From a virus, in IMG/VR virus record IMGVR_UViG_3300020711_000298, positions 1 through 64,000 of that record: 64,000 nucleotides of DNA; one strand, given 5' to 3'. Positions 18,083-28,800 of this stretch are shown here, in pieces. How positions within the stretch are numbered: position 1 is the first letter of the stretch; each line of letters begins with the position of its first letter. The notes under the pieces are model-generated. The model did no database searches, was not told the origin of the DNA, and worked only from the letters and a program-made list of their open reading frames with translations. The position numbers and the translations under genes were made by a program.

Positions 18083-19801
18083 ATGAGTCAAATTCAAACA
18101 TTACTTGAATCAGCTAGCCCTTACAAATCCCTGCAAAAAGATGCAGCTAGATTAGCTGGTAAATGGGCTAAAACAGGTCTATTAGAAGGCCTAGACGAGA
18201 CTAACAAAAACAATATGTCTCTTATGCTTGAAAACCAAGCTAAACAATTAGTAACTGAGGTATCATCAACTGGTACAGGTGCTTTCTTTACCCCAGGTCA
18301 AGGTGAACAATGGGCTGGTATCGCTTTACCTTTAGTACGTAAAGTGTTCGGCCAAATCGCCGCTAAAGAATTCGTTTCTGTACAACCAATGAACTTACCT
18401 TCTGGTCTAGTATTCTTCCTAGATTTCCAATACGGAAATACTAAGAATCCATTCTCTGCTGGTAACTCTTTATATGGTACTAGAAGTGCAGATTCTGGTT
18501 CTAAATACCCATTCTCAACATCTGATACTGCAGGTGGTCTTTATGGAACAGGTCGTTTTGCTTATTCTACAAACCAATTCTCATCTTCATTATTAGGTCT
18601 ATTATCAGGTTCAACTGGTGCTCCAGCTTCTCAATATACTGGTTCAGTTGGTGCTGTAACAAGTTGGGGTGAATTAAACTACGATTCAAACTATTCAGCT
18701 TCTTTAGCTGCTGGTAACATCTTAAAAGCTCAAATCTCTACTTCAGTAATGTCTAACTACGATGTAGATGCAGTTCGTGCATTTTATTTAGTATCTGGTT
18801 CTGCTACTACTGAAACTGGTGTTAGTGTAATCACAACTGCTGCTAGCTTACCTGCATTTACTAGTGTAAATACTGCTGGTACTATCATCACTTTATACTT
18901 TACTGGTTCTGGTGCTGCTTTAGCTGCTACTGGTTCTTATACCCTATACTACAACAAATTAACTAACGATAACCAACGTGGTGATTTTGAAGACACTGCA
19001 ACTGGTACATTCTCAGTACCAAACGCTGATAGCAACACTTCAATAGTAATACCAGAAATCAACATTGATATGGTATCTAGTGAAATTACAGCTAAAACTA
19101 AAAAGTTAAAAGCTGTATGGACTCCTGAGTTCGCTCAAGACTTAAACGCTTACCAAAATATCGATGCTGAAGCTGAATTAACTAATATGTTAAGTGAGTA
19201 CATTTCAATGGAAATTGATTTAGAAATCTTAGATATGTTAATTGAAGATGCTGCAACAACTGATTACTGGTCAGCTATTAACAACACTTCAGTAACTGCT
19301 GCTGGTGGTGTAAGCGCAACTAGCTTAGGTTTCTATAACACACAAGGTCAATGGTTCCAAACACTTGGTACTAAAGTACAAAAAATAAGCAACCGTATTC
19401 ACCAGTTAACTCTACGTGGTGGTGCTAATTTTATGGTGTTATCTCCAACTATTGCTACTATCATCGAATCAATTCCTGGTTTTGCTTCTAACCACAACGG
19501 TGAAGCTGATCAAATGGAATATGCTTTTGGTGTACAAAAAGTTGGTTCATTCAACGGACGTTACCAAGTTTACAAAAATCCATATATGACTGAAAACGTA
19601 ATATTAATGGGTTATCGTGGTAAACAATTCTTAGAAGCTGGTGCTGTATTTGCTCCATATATTCCATTAATTATGACTCCTCTAGTGTACGATCCTAATA
19701 CCTTCACTCCACGTAAAGGTCTATTAACTCGTTACGCTAAGAAGATGTTACGTCCTGAATTCTATGCTAAGATCTATGTAAATGGTTTAACTACCCTTTA
19801 A
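18083..19801 (+). CDS. Major capsid protein (T4 gp23-like)
   Basis: LENQ, VQPMNLPSGLVFFL, KLKAVWTPEFAQDL, EIDLEIL, APYIPL, F.PRKGLLTRY. Confidence 0.96.
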   Translation: MSQIQTLLESASPYKSLQKDAARLAGKWAKTGLLEGLDETNKNNMSLMLENQAKQLVTEVSSTGTGAFFTPGQGEQWAGIALPLVRKVFGQIAAKEFVSVQPMNLPSGLVFFLDFQYGNTKNPFSAGNSLYGTRSADSGSKYPFSTSDTAGGLYGTGRFAYSTNQFSSSLLGLLSGSTGAPASQYTGSVGAVTSWGELNYDSNYSASLAAGNILKAQISTSVMSNYDVDAVRAFYLVSGSATTETGVSVITTAASLPAFTSVNTAGTIITLYFTGSGAALAATGSYTLYYNKLTNDNQRGDFEDTATGTFSVPNADSNTSIVIPEINIDMVSSEITAKTKKLKAVWTPEFAQDLNAYQNIDAEAELTNMLSEYISMEIDLEILDMLIEDAATTDYWSAINNTSVTAAGGVSATSLGFYNTQGQWFQTLGTKVQKISNRIHQLTLRGGANFMVLSPTIATIIESIPGFASNHNGEADQMEYAFGVQKVGSFNGRYQVYKNPYMTENVILMGYRGKQFLEAGAVFAPYIPLIMTPLVYDPNTFTPRKGLLTRYAKKMLRPEFYAKIYVNGLTTL

Positions 19802-19823
19802 TCTAGAATAGATAAATTAAATT

Positions 19824-19851
19824 AAGCCCGGGTTTTCCCGGGCTTTTTTTT
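19824..19851 (+). terminator. Intrinsic terminator after capsid gene
   Basis: AAGCCCGGG-TTTT-CCCGGGCTT followed by a T run. Confidence 0.9.
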
Positions 19852-19892
19852 ACTATTTTATTCATATTTATATTAGAACCAAGTTTTTATAA

Positions 19893-20561
19893 ATGCGAGA
19901 ACCAAACCGTGAACGTAAAAGTGAAATAAAGTCTATTAATTCTGTTCAACTTAATGAAGAACAAAAAGAAGCCAAACGTTTAATAATAGACAACCAAATT
20001 GTTATAGTAACAGGCAGAGCAGGTAGTGGTAAAAGTTTAGTATGTGCTCAATCAGCCTTAGATTTTCTTAAGAAAAAACAAATAAATTGCATATACAATA
20101 CACGCGCAGCTATTGAGGTGGGTAAAAGTTTAGGTTTCCTTCCAGGAAGTTTAAATGAAAAATTTGATCCTTATATGGAAGCTTTATTGGAAAATCTAAA
20201 CAAATGTTGTACTGATAAAAACGAAGTATCAAAATTGTTAGAAGATGAAAAAATAAAAGCACTTCCTGTACAATTTATTCGTGGTAAAACAATTGATGAT
20301 ATATTAATTGTAGAAGAAGCACAAAATCTTACCAAGGCCGAAATGTTAGCTATATTAACTCGTTTAGGTAAAACGGGAAAAATCGTGATAAACGGAGATA
20401 ACGAGCAAACCGACATAAAATCACCTACCGGCGAAATTAACGGCTTAACTTACGCAATTGAGCTATCTAAAAAAATTGAAGAAATTAAATGGATTAAACT
20501 TCAAACAAACCATCGTTCAGACCTAGTTGGAAAAATATTAGATTACGAATATGGAAAATAA
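19893..20561 (+). CDS. phoH: PhoH family ATPase
   Basis: GRAGSGKS, LGFLPG, FIRGKT, EEAQN, ILTRLG, GD.EQTD, HRS. Confidence 0.92.
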   Translation: MREPNRERKSEIKSINSVQLNEEQKEAKRLIIDNQIVIVTGRAGSGKSLVCAQSALDFLKKKQINCIYNTRAAIEVGKSLGFLPGSLNEKFDPYMEALLENLNKCCTDKNEVSKLLEDEKIKALPVQFIRGKTIDDILIVEEAQNLTKAEMLAILTRLGKTGKIVINGDNEQTDIKSPTGEINGLTYAIELSKKIEEIKWIKLQTNHRSDLVGKILDYEYGK

Positions 20562-20587
20562 ATTAAAACATATTTATTATAATGCAT

Positions 20588-20615
20588 AAGGGTTCTAAAT
20601 TAGAACCCTTTTTTT
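20588..20615 (+). terminator. Intrinsic terminator
   Basis: AAGGGTTCTA-AAT-TAGAACCCTT followed by a T run. Confidence 0.85.
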
Positions 20616-20637
20616 AATATTTATAAATAAAACAACC

Positions 20638-21789
20638 ATGAATGTACCTATTTGGCCTGGATCATCATCATTCACAACAGGTTCTACACCTTTTGGATTT
20701 TATGATAATGATACTCAATTTCAAACAGATGCCGATAAAGTAGCTAAATTTTGTGCTCAACGTTTAGGTTATCCTATTCAAGAAGTTGAATTACAAGCTA
20801 TAAATTTTTATACTGCCTTTGAAGAAGCTGTTACTACTTACGGTAATGAGCTTTATGCTTTCCAAGTAAGAGATAATATGCTTACATTAGAAGGTACTTC
20901 CGCTAATAATTCTTTAAATAATGCTTTAATAACACCAAGTTTAGCAAATATAATTAGACTATCAGAACAATATGGTGTAGAATCAGGAGTAGGTGGAAAT
21001 GTAACTTGGTATAGTGGTTCAATAGCTTTAACATCAAGTATACAAGACTATGACTTAAATGTTTGGGCAGTTTCTCAAAGTATTACTGGTGGAATTGAAA
21101 TTAAAAGAGTATTTTATTATCCACCACCTGCTGTTAACCAATTATATAATCCACTTTTAGGTGGTATTGGTTTTAGTAATTTAGGTGGTGTACCTGCAGC
21201 TGGTGCTTATGGTTTAGGATATGGTACTACAAGTTATTTAATGGTACCTACAAGTTTAACTATACAAGCAGCACAAGCTGTTGAAATGCAAAATACAGTT
21301 GCTTTATCAAATTACTCATTTGAATTAATAAATAATAAATTAAGAATATTCCCTATCCCAACAGGAGATGGAGCTGCTTATTTATATTTTCAATATATTT
21401 TATTAAACGATAGATTAAATAACGCCATCGTTCAAGCATCTGGTAGTGTTACAAACGCATCAAATGCTCCATACAATAACCCTACCTACTCCCAGATAAA
21501 CTCTATTGGTCGTCAATGGATATTTGAATACACTTTAGCAATATCAAAAGAAATGTTAGGATATGTAAGAGGAAAATATAGTACTATTCCTATACCTAAC
21601 TCAAATGTAACACTTAACCAATCAGATTTATTAACTTCTGCTACAGCAACTAAAGATGCTTTAATTCAAAGATTAAGAGAATACTTTGAACAAACATCAA
21701 ATCAAGCTTTACTTGAAAGAAGAGCAGCTGAATCAGTAGCTAGACTTCAAGAAATTTCTTATGTACCAATGCAAATTTTTATAGGATAA
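20638..21789 (+). CDS. Neck protein (T4 gp13-like)
   Basis: RLGYPIQEVEL, WIFEYTLAISKEMLG.VRGKY, VTLN, C-terminal P..IFIG. Confidence 0.75.
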   Translation: MNVPIWPGSSSFTTGSTPFGFYDNDTQFQTDADKVAKFCAQRLGYPIQEVELQAINFYTAFEEAVTTYGNELYAFQVRDNMLTLEGTSANNSLNNALITPSLANIIRLSEQYGVESGVGGNVTWYSGSIALTSSIQDYDLNVWAVSQSITGGIEIKRVFYYPPPAVNQLYNPLLGGIGFSNLGGVPAAGAYGLGYGTTSYLMVPTSLTIQAAQAVEMQNTVALSNYSFELINNKLRIFPIPTGDGAAYLYFQYILLNDRLNNAIVQASGSVTNASNAPYNNPTYSQINSIGRQWIFEYTLAISKEMLGYVRGKYSTIPIPNSNVTLNQSDLLTSATATKDALIQRLREYFEQTSNQALLERRAAESVARLQEISYVPMQIFIG

Positions 21790-21790
21790 T

Positions 21791-21994
21791 ATGATAGGAA
21801 TATATAAAATAACAAATCCTAATGGGAGAATATATATTGGGCAGTCAACTAATATTGAAGGTAATTTTATTAAAGAATGGAATAGTGGTAAAGAAGCATC
21901 TAATACATTAGGATTATCTCAACCTAATATAAATAGTTGCTGTCATGAAAAGACAAAAACCGCTTTTGGATATAAATGGAAATTTAAAAATTAA
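21791..21994 (+). pseudogene. Internally deleted GIY-YIG endonuclease (N-terminal GIY-YIG motif fused to NUMOD1 tail)
   Basis: MIGIYKITNPNGRIYIGQSTNIE joined directly to GNFIKEW...KTAFGYKWKF; catalytic core missing. Confidence 0.75.
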
Positions 21995-21999
21995 AATAT

Positions 22000-22524
22000 A
22001 TGTGCGCTTTATTCGGTTCAGCTAGAGATATTAGCATGTTCAGATACGTGAACAGAGAATTAATGGGAAACATTATTTCTCAAGAGTGTGTTTATTATAA
22101 ACATAATTTAGTTAAAACATCTGTTAACATATATGGTGAAGCAGCTGAGGGAAGATATTTCCAAGAACCAGTTATTTTAAATTGTTTAATAGAAAGAAAA
22201 GACCAAAATTATTCATCTGATGGTATAGGTGTAGATTTCGAATGGGGAAATGATTTCTCATTCCTTATTGATGATTTAACAGATGCTAATTTATACCCTG
22301 AAGTTGGAGATATTATTATGTATCAAGAAGGATACTTTGAAAATGTTAAAATAATAACTAACCAACAATTTATGGGTAAAGATCCAAATTATCCATACAC
22401 TGATTCTTCAGGTAATAACCCATTAAATCCAGGATTAAATTACTTTGGTTACAACACTTCAGTAATTTGCCAAACCAGATATGTACCTCAAGATCTTGTT
22501 AACATTGTTAAAGCTAGATTATAA
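22000..22524 (+). CDS. Neck/head-completion protein (gp14-like)
   Basis: Position after gp13-like gene; NIYGEA, PEVGDII. Confidence 0.65.
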   Translation: MCALFGSARDISMFRYVNRELMGNIISQECVYYKHNLVKTSVNIYGEAAEGRYFQEPVILNCLIERKDQNYSSDGIGVDFEWGNDFSFLIDDLTDANLYPEVGDIIMYQEGYFENVKIITNQQFMGKDPNYPYTDSSGNNPLNPGLNYFGYNTSVICQTRYVPQDLVNIVKARL

Positions 22525-23489
22525 TGACTACTCAAGGCAAAACACCCATACCTAAAACCCAAAAAGAAATAAGTATTGGATTACAAACACCTACAGACCC
22601 AACAGCAGGTAATCCAAATTATTCATCTACAAACCCAAATGTTAATAGAGCTTTACAAACTTCTTTTAAAGGAGACACTGTAAAACCTTTTAGTATTGGT
22701 ATTAAAGATATAGATGAGGCTATTTTATATTATTTTCAAAATGTAATACAACCTTTTGTAATACAAAATGGAGAAAGATTACCTGTACCTGTAATATATG
22801 GTTCTCCTGAAAGATGGAAATCAATGCAAAAAGATGGTTATTATAGAGATTCTAAAGGAAAAGCAATGTTTCCTTTAATTGTATTTAAAAGAGATTCAAT
22901 TGATAAAAATAGAACAATAGCTAATAAATTAGACGCGAATTCTCCTCAAAATTTTGGGGTATTTACTAAAAAATATTCAACCAAAGATGCTTATTCTAAC
23001 TTTAATGTTTTAAACAATAGAACACCTGAAAAAACATACTATGCAACTATAATGCCAGACTACGTTACTATAGAATATAGTTGTACTATATTTACTTATT
23101 ACGTAGAACAACTAAACAAAATAGTAGAAGCAATTAATTACGCTTCAGACGCATATTGGGGAGATCCAGAAAGATATAAATTCCAAGCTAGAATAGATTC
23201 ATTTGGTACAATAAGTGAATTAGCAGATTCAGAAGAAAGAGCAGTGAAAAGTACATTTAATATTAAATTATATGGGCATATAATACCTGATATTATTCAA
23301 AAAGATTTAAGTGCAATAAAGAAATTTAGAGACAAATCAAAAATAATATTTTCTATCGAAGCTACTTCTAATGATGCTATTCTTACTGGTACTGTTAATC
23401 CTGATGGTACAGCTACAGCTCTTAAACAAAAAGAAGCAGAAAGAGCTGTTCAAATAGATCAATCTACATCTAGAGCAACAATAATATAA
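22524..23489 (+). CDS. Tail sheath stabiliser/terminator (gp15-like)
   Basis: VPVIYGSPERW, P.IVFKR, PDYVTIEY; position in the neck cluster. Confidence 0.65.
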   Translation: MTTQGKTPIPKTQKEISIGLQTPTDPTAGNPNYSSTNPNVNRALQTSFKGDTVKPFSIGIKDIDEAILYYFQNVIQPFVIQNGERLPVPVIYGSPERWKSMQKDGYYRDSKGKAMFPLIVFKRDSIDKNRTIANKLDANSPQNFGVFTKKYSTKDAYSNFNVLNNRTPEKTYYATIMPDYVTIEYSCTIFTYYVEQLNKIVEAINYASDAYWGDPERYKFQARIDSFGTISELADSEERAVKSTFNIKLYGHIIPDIIQKDLSAIKKFRDKSKIIFSIEATSNDAILTGTVNPDGTATALKQKEAERAVQIDQSTSRATII

Positions 23490-23517
23490 TAATATTTATA
23501 CAAAAACAAAATAATTA

Positions 23518-23976
23518 ATGGCTAGAGTTAGATTTTTAGATCAAGTACCAGTTAGTGCATACACCATAGAAGGTGGTACAGTAGCAACAACTGCGTCTTA
23601 TGCTATAAACGCTCTAAGTGCTTCATATGCTTCAGGTAGTACAAGTTCATCTTACGCTTTAACAGCCTCATATGTTGCTGGATTAAATTTATCTCAAATA
23701 TCAACAGGTAGCATTACAGCCAGTGTTAATGTTGATCCAAATAGTTTATTTTTAATTAAATCTGGAAGTATACCATATATTAATATAAGCAGCAGCGGTA
23801 ACACAGACGTATATAGTAACCTGTTTATAGTAAGAAACTTCACAACAAAACAACCTATATTAACAGTAAGTCAAAGCATAATTCAGATAGCAACACAATC
23901 GTTAGCACCGACAGGAGCAACGGTTGCAGGAACTATATGGTTTACTTCATCTTCTTTTTATGTGGGGTTAGAATAA
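23518..23976 (+). CDS. Short fibre/structural protein with SASYA repeats
   Basis: TASYA/SASYA repeats; behind ATATTTAT motif. Confidence 0.6.
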   Translation: MARVRFLDQVPVSAYTIEGGTVATTASYAINALSASYASGSTSSSYALTASYVAGLNLSQISTGSITASVNVDPNSLFLIKSGSIPYINISSSGNTDVYSNLFIVRNFTTKQPILTVSQSIIQIATQSLAPTGATVAGTIWFTSSSFYVGLE

Positions 23977-24025
23977 CATAATATTTATACAAAAACAAAA
24001 CATTAACAATTAAAATACAACAACA

Positions 24026-25279
24026 ATGGCAACAGCACAATGGAGAAAAGTCATAGTTTCAGGTAGTTCAGCTAACTTGTCAAATTTACAAGTAGATGGT
24101 TTAACTTCAGGACAAGTAGTAATAGGTGGAGGTTCAGGTAGTAACCTTTCAACAACTGCAATAAATGGTACAGGTAATATTTTAGCAACAACAGGTGCAA
24201 CAGGTGTAGCAATATCTGGAGCTTTTAGTGGCTCATTTACTGGTGCTATTACAACATCATTATCAAATGCAAGTCAACCTTACTATGTAGCTTATAATAC
24301 AGCTAGCGGTACATTATCATACGCAGGTACTGGTTCATTTACAGCAGCAACAGCATCATATGTAACTAGTTCTAACGTTTATGGACCTTATGGTTCTAAC
24401 TCTATATTATCTGCTTCTTATGCTTCAGGTAGTACAAGTGCTTCTTACGCCTCAACTGCTACTTCAGCATCTTACGCCTCAAACGCTACATCAGCATCAT
24501 ACGCTTTAAATGCCACTTCAGCATCATACGCTTTAAATGCTACTTCTGCATCTTATGCTCTTAGTGCTTCATATGCTACAAGTGCATCTTATGCTATATC
24601 AACATCTGTTGCTATATCATCTTCATATGCTTTATCAGCTTCATATGCTCCAACAGCTGGTTCTACAATAGCGGCCTTGACTCAAGGTACTGGTATAACA
24701 GCATTTACATACAGTGGTTCTGTTGCTCAAACAGTAGCAGTAAGTGGTGCTTCATCATTAAGCACAAACTATATAACGAAATGGACAGGTGCTGCATTTG
24801 CAAACTCAAGCATAACAGATAATGGTACAACAGTTTCTGTAGGTGGTGGTAACTTTACAGTAACTACAGCTACTGGTGATACAACAATTGCAGGTAACTT
24901 AACAGTAAATGGTACAGCATCATTTATTAACACACAAAATTTATACGTTAAAGACGCATTCATAGTTGTAGCTAGTGGTTCAACAACAGCAACAGACGGT
25001 GGTTTTATAGTACAATATAATACTGGTTCTGGTACTAATGGATCTGGTTCAGCATTTTATTTAAGAAATTCAGGTGGCGTTTATGGTAACTATGGTCGTT
25101 TCGCAGTAGCATATGATCAAACAGGATCTGTAACTAACGTTACTCCAGATCAATATGTAGTAACAGTATCTTCATCAGCTGGTTCTCCAACAGGTAATCC
25201 AGTTTGGGGTGGTGCAACTTATGGATTTGGTAATATGTATGTTAACAGTTCTACAAGTGATATTTATATTTACGCTTAA
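24026..25279 (+). CDS. Fibre protein with SASYA repeats
   Basis: WRKVIVSGS N-terminus shared with 25834; tandem (T/S)SASYA; GNLTVNGT..INTQNL.V.D fibre motif. Confidence 0.7.
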   Translation: MATAQWRKVIVSGSSANLSNLQVDGLTSGQVVIGGGSGSNLSTTAINGTGNILATTGATGVAISGAFSGSFTGAITTSLSNASQPYYVAYNTASGTLSYAGTGSFTAATASYVTSSNVYGPYGSNSILSASYASGSTSASYASTATSASYASNATSASYALNATSASYALNATSASYALSASYATSASYAISTSVAISSSYALSASYAPTAGSTIAALTQGTGITAFTYSGSVAQTVAVSGASSLSTNYITKWTGAAFANSSITDNGTTVSVGGGNFTVTTATGDTTIAGNLTVNGTASFINTQNLYVKDAFIVVASGSTTATDGGFIVQYNTGSGTNGSGSAFYLRNSGGVYGNYGRFAVAYDQTGSVTNVTPDQYVVTVSSSAGSPTGNPVWGGATYGFGNMYVNSSTSDIYIYA

Positions 25280-25296
25280 TAAAATATTAATTAGTT

Positions 25297-25491
25297 ATGG
25301 GTTTAACAACAGGAAAATTAGTAGTAATAAGTAATCCCCAACCAACTCCAGATGAAACTAAACTAAACATCTCGGAGTTGGTTTTTTTATTAAACATAGT
25401 AAAACAATCAACATTTGTAGGAGAACACGTTGAATTAGTTTACAATACAGTATTAAAATTACAAAATCAATATTTAGAACAAAATAAATAA
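25297..25491 (+). CDS. Small hypothetical protein (possible fibre chaperone)
   Basis: 64 aa ORF within the fibre cluster. Confidence 0.5.
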   Translation: MGLTTGKLVVISNPQPTPDETKLNISELVFLLNIVKQSTFVGEHVELVYNTVLKLQNQYLEQNK

Positions 25492-25496
25492 ATGTT

Positions 25497-25730
25497 ATGG
25501 ATATATTCTCAATCGATGTTACATTAAATGAACTTCTTTTTATTCGTCAAGCTTTAGATATTGTATCAGTATCAGGTAAAGATGCTAAATTTTTAGCTTC
25601 ACTTCAAATGAAATGTGAAAGTGAAATAGACACTATTCAGCAATTAATACTAGAAGATAACGTTAAAAAACAAGAAGAACTTCAAGCTCTTATAGAAACA
25701 GATGCTAAAAAATCTGCATCTGAGAAATAA
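25497..25730 (+). CDS. Small hypothetical protein (possible fibre chaperone)
   Basis: 77 aa ORF; L.ELLFI..A..I....G pattern similar to the upstream small ORF. Confidence 0.5.
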   Translation: MDIFSIDVTLNELLFIRQALDIVSVSGKDAKFLASLQMKCESEIDTIQQLILEDNVKKQEELQALIETDAKKSASEK

Positions 25731-25752
25731 TTTAATATATTTATTATAAACA

Positions 25753-25816
25753 ATATTGTTGGCCTTCGGGAAGTAGGCATATACACGGCATAAGTGTATG
25801 TATCTAACCACAATAT
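25753..25816 (+). ncRNA. Candidate structured RNA (three-way junction with C-UUCG-G tetraloop)
   Basis: P1 ATATTG..TGG/CCA-CAATAT; P2 CC-TTCG-GG; P3 TAGG-C-ATATACAC/GTGTATGT-A-TCTA; flanked by two ATATTTAT motifs. Confidence 0.5.
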
Positions 25817-25833
25817 AAAATAATATTTATATC

Positions 25834-28800
25834 ATGCCATCTTGGAAAAAAGTCATTTTATCTGGCTCATCAGCCAATCTTAATTCATTGACTGTTGACA
25901 CAAACGTAACAGCAAGTTCATTTACAGGTTCATTTACAGGTTCATTTTTAGGTACAGCTTCATACGCCGTATCCGCATCTTGGGCTCCAGGAGGTACAAC
26001 GTTCCCTTACACAGGTTCTGCAATCATATCCGGAAGCTTAACGTTAACCGGATCCTTTAACGTAACCGGTTCAACCACACAAACAGGAAACAATAATCTC
26101 TTAGGAAACACAACCCTTTCAGGTTCAATCATAATATCGGGTTCGACCACAACACCTGCAACCCCTACAATTAAGGTATACGGTGACATGGAAACAAACG
26201 GTGTTATCAAGTTTGATCCTGTTAATAAAAATATAGACAACTCGATATCGGCCTCGTACGTTTACGTTTCTGGCTCAACACAGGATTTATACTTCAGCCA
26301 AAACGGTTCAGGGTATTCAAACACTACTCGTTTACGTTGGATTGAAGGTAACTTGTATACCGGTATTTTAAACGGAGGTCTCATCACGAGCCAATCATCC
26401 ACGGTATATCAGGTGGGTAGCGGTTCGGGTATCATAGTTAACCTAAACGCAAGCACAGGTAGCAACCCTTATCCGACCATACAGTACGTAAACTGGAACC
26501 TGGTTACCCAAAGCATAGCTGCACTGTCCGCTTCTTACGACCAACAGTTTGTGGCGATCCAATCAAACGGAACCATATTTGCACAGGGAACCCCTTTTAC
26601 AGACGGTCAATTCAATACGTTAATCCCTGTTGGTCTTGTATTACACAACAACAACTCTACGATAAATGGAGTAAAAACACAACCGTCTTTAGCATACGGT
26701 TGGAAGCAAAGAAGCAGCATATTTACACAGGCGTTCGGTCCCCTTAAGCTGTCTGGATTCACCCTTGCGCCAAGCGGATCTTCTACGGGTTCTCTTGTGG
26801 TGGGTAGCGGTACTGCTTTTGCAGACGGTGCGAATTATCCAATAGACCCGAATAACCCATCATATGTAACCGATACAGGAACAAGTGTATCTAAGATATG
26901 GAGGTACTATCAATCAGGTTCAAGTAGCAATGGCTGGGTGTATCTTCAAAACGGGGGTGCAGGTTACTCTACGATAGACCCTACACAGTACTCAAACAAC
27001 GGTACCTTAACCGCCGTTCCGGGTACCGGTCCAGGCAGGAACTGGTCCATACAAAGGGTGTTTTGGTTTCCAAACTCTGTGTCAAAGGCAATAGTCGTTT
27101 ACTACGGTAACGCTGTGTATCCGAACCAATCATCTGCGTTGGCAAACATAAACATAGAAGCATTTGTAGAGGCTCCAACCACGGCAGCAAATGCGGTATT
27201 CTTAGGTTATATTCTGGTGCAAAACAACGCAGACTTTACAAACTCATCAACGTACACCATAGTACCGGGAGGATTGTTCAGGTCGGTGGGAGGTTCAGGT
27301 GGAGGTGGCTCCGTGATAACAACAACATTGGCGGGTCTATCCGACGTATCCATATCGGGTCCAACAGACGGTCAAGCACTGGTATACAGCAACGTTTCAA
27401 CAAAGTGGCAGAACTCAAACAACATAAGCGCATCGATCACAGGTAACGCTGCAACTGCCACAACAGCCTCTTACGTAACGACTGCTCAAACAGCATCTTA
27501 CGTTCTTAATGCCGTATCTAGTTCATATGCTACTACTGCCTCATACGTAACAGGTTCGATACATACTTCTACTAATCCGGCCCTAAGTGCTTCATACGCA
27601 TTAACATCTAGCTATTCAAATACTAGTACCACAGCTTCTTACGTAACAGGTTCGATACATACTTCTACTAATCCGGCCCTAAGTGCTTCATACGCATTAA
27701 CATCTAGCTATTCAAATACTAGTACCAGTGCTTCATATGCCTTAAATAGCACTTCGGCCTCATATGCTTTAACGGCGTCTTATTCAACAACAGCATCGTA
27801 CGTTAATACTCTAAACCAAAACGTACTGATTACGGGTTCCTTAACCGTAGGTACATCAAGCTTAGGTTCAAACGAAAATACGTTGGTGTTGGGACCTGCC
27901 CCTGGTGGTGGTACAGGTGAAGGCGGTCAGTTACTATTACAAGCTACAAATGTTGGAGGATATACTTCAGCATCCATGTTTGATAACTACCAAAACCTGA
28001 CTCGACTTTTAAGGGGTACTAACGTGAGCAGCGATGCTGTGGTAGCCAGCTGGAACATGGGTACCAAACAGATGCAGTTACCGGCGTATAACAGTCTATC
28101 ATCGTTTACGGGTTCCTTGGTTGGTTACTTAGGGTTTGATAACAACGGTTATCTACTAACAGTATCAGGTTCAGGCGGTGGTGGTTCAACTTCCCCAGGC
28201 GGTTCATCAGGACAGATTCAATACAACAACGGTGGTTCTTTTGGTGGCGTATCTGTATTGACTTTTACAGGTGGTAACCTATACGGTACAGGTTCGTTTA
28301 CGGGTTCGTTTAACGGAGTTCATACTGGTTCTCTACTGGGTACCGCTTCGTACGCTTCACAGGCATTAACGGCATCTTATAGCAACACAAGTACAAGTGC
28401 ATCTTATGCTATAAATACTACCTCAGCTTCTTATGCTTCACAAGCATTATCAGCCTCTTATAGCAACACAAGTACAAGTGCATCTTATGCTCTAAACAGT
28501 ACCTCAGCTTCATATGCTTTAAGTGCTTCTCAAGTTACTAGTGCATCTTATGCTATATCAACATCTGTTGCTATATCATCATCTTATGCTCTAAACAGTA
28601 CTTCAGCTTCATATGCTTTAAATAGTACTTCAGCATCATATGCTTTATCATCATCTCAAGCATTAACTGCTTCTTATGTAACAACTGCTCAAACAGCATC
28701 TTATGTTCTTAATGCAGTAAGTGCTTCTCAAGCATTAACAGCATCTAATACCCCAAATGCTTTAATCACAGCTTCAGTATCTTCAAACACCATAACGTTT

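Noticed and set aside
16820-28760. CRISPR array in the ATGGATGAA or SASYA repeat tracts
   Set aside because: Repeats are in-frame, degenerate at third codon positions and lack unique spacers; no cas genes are present.
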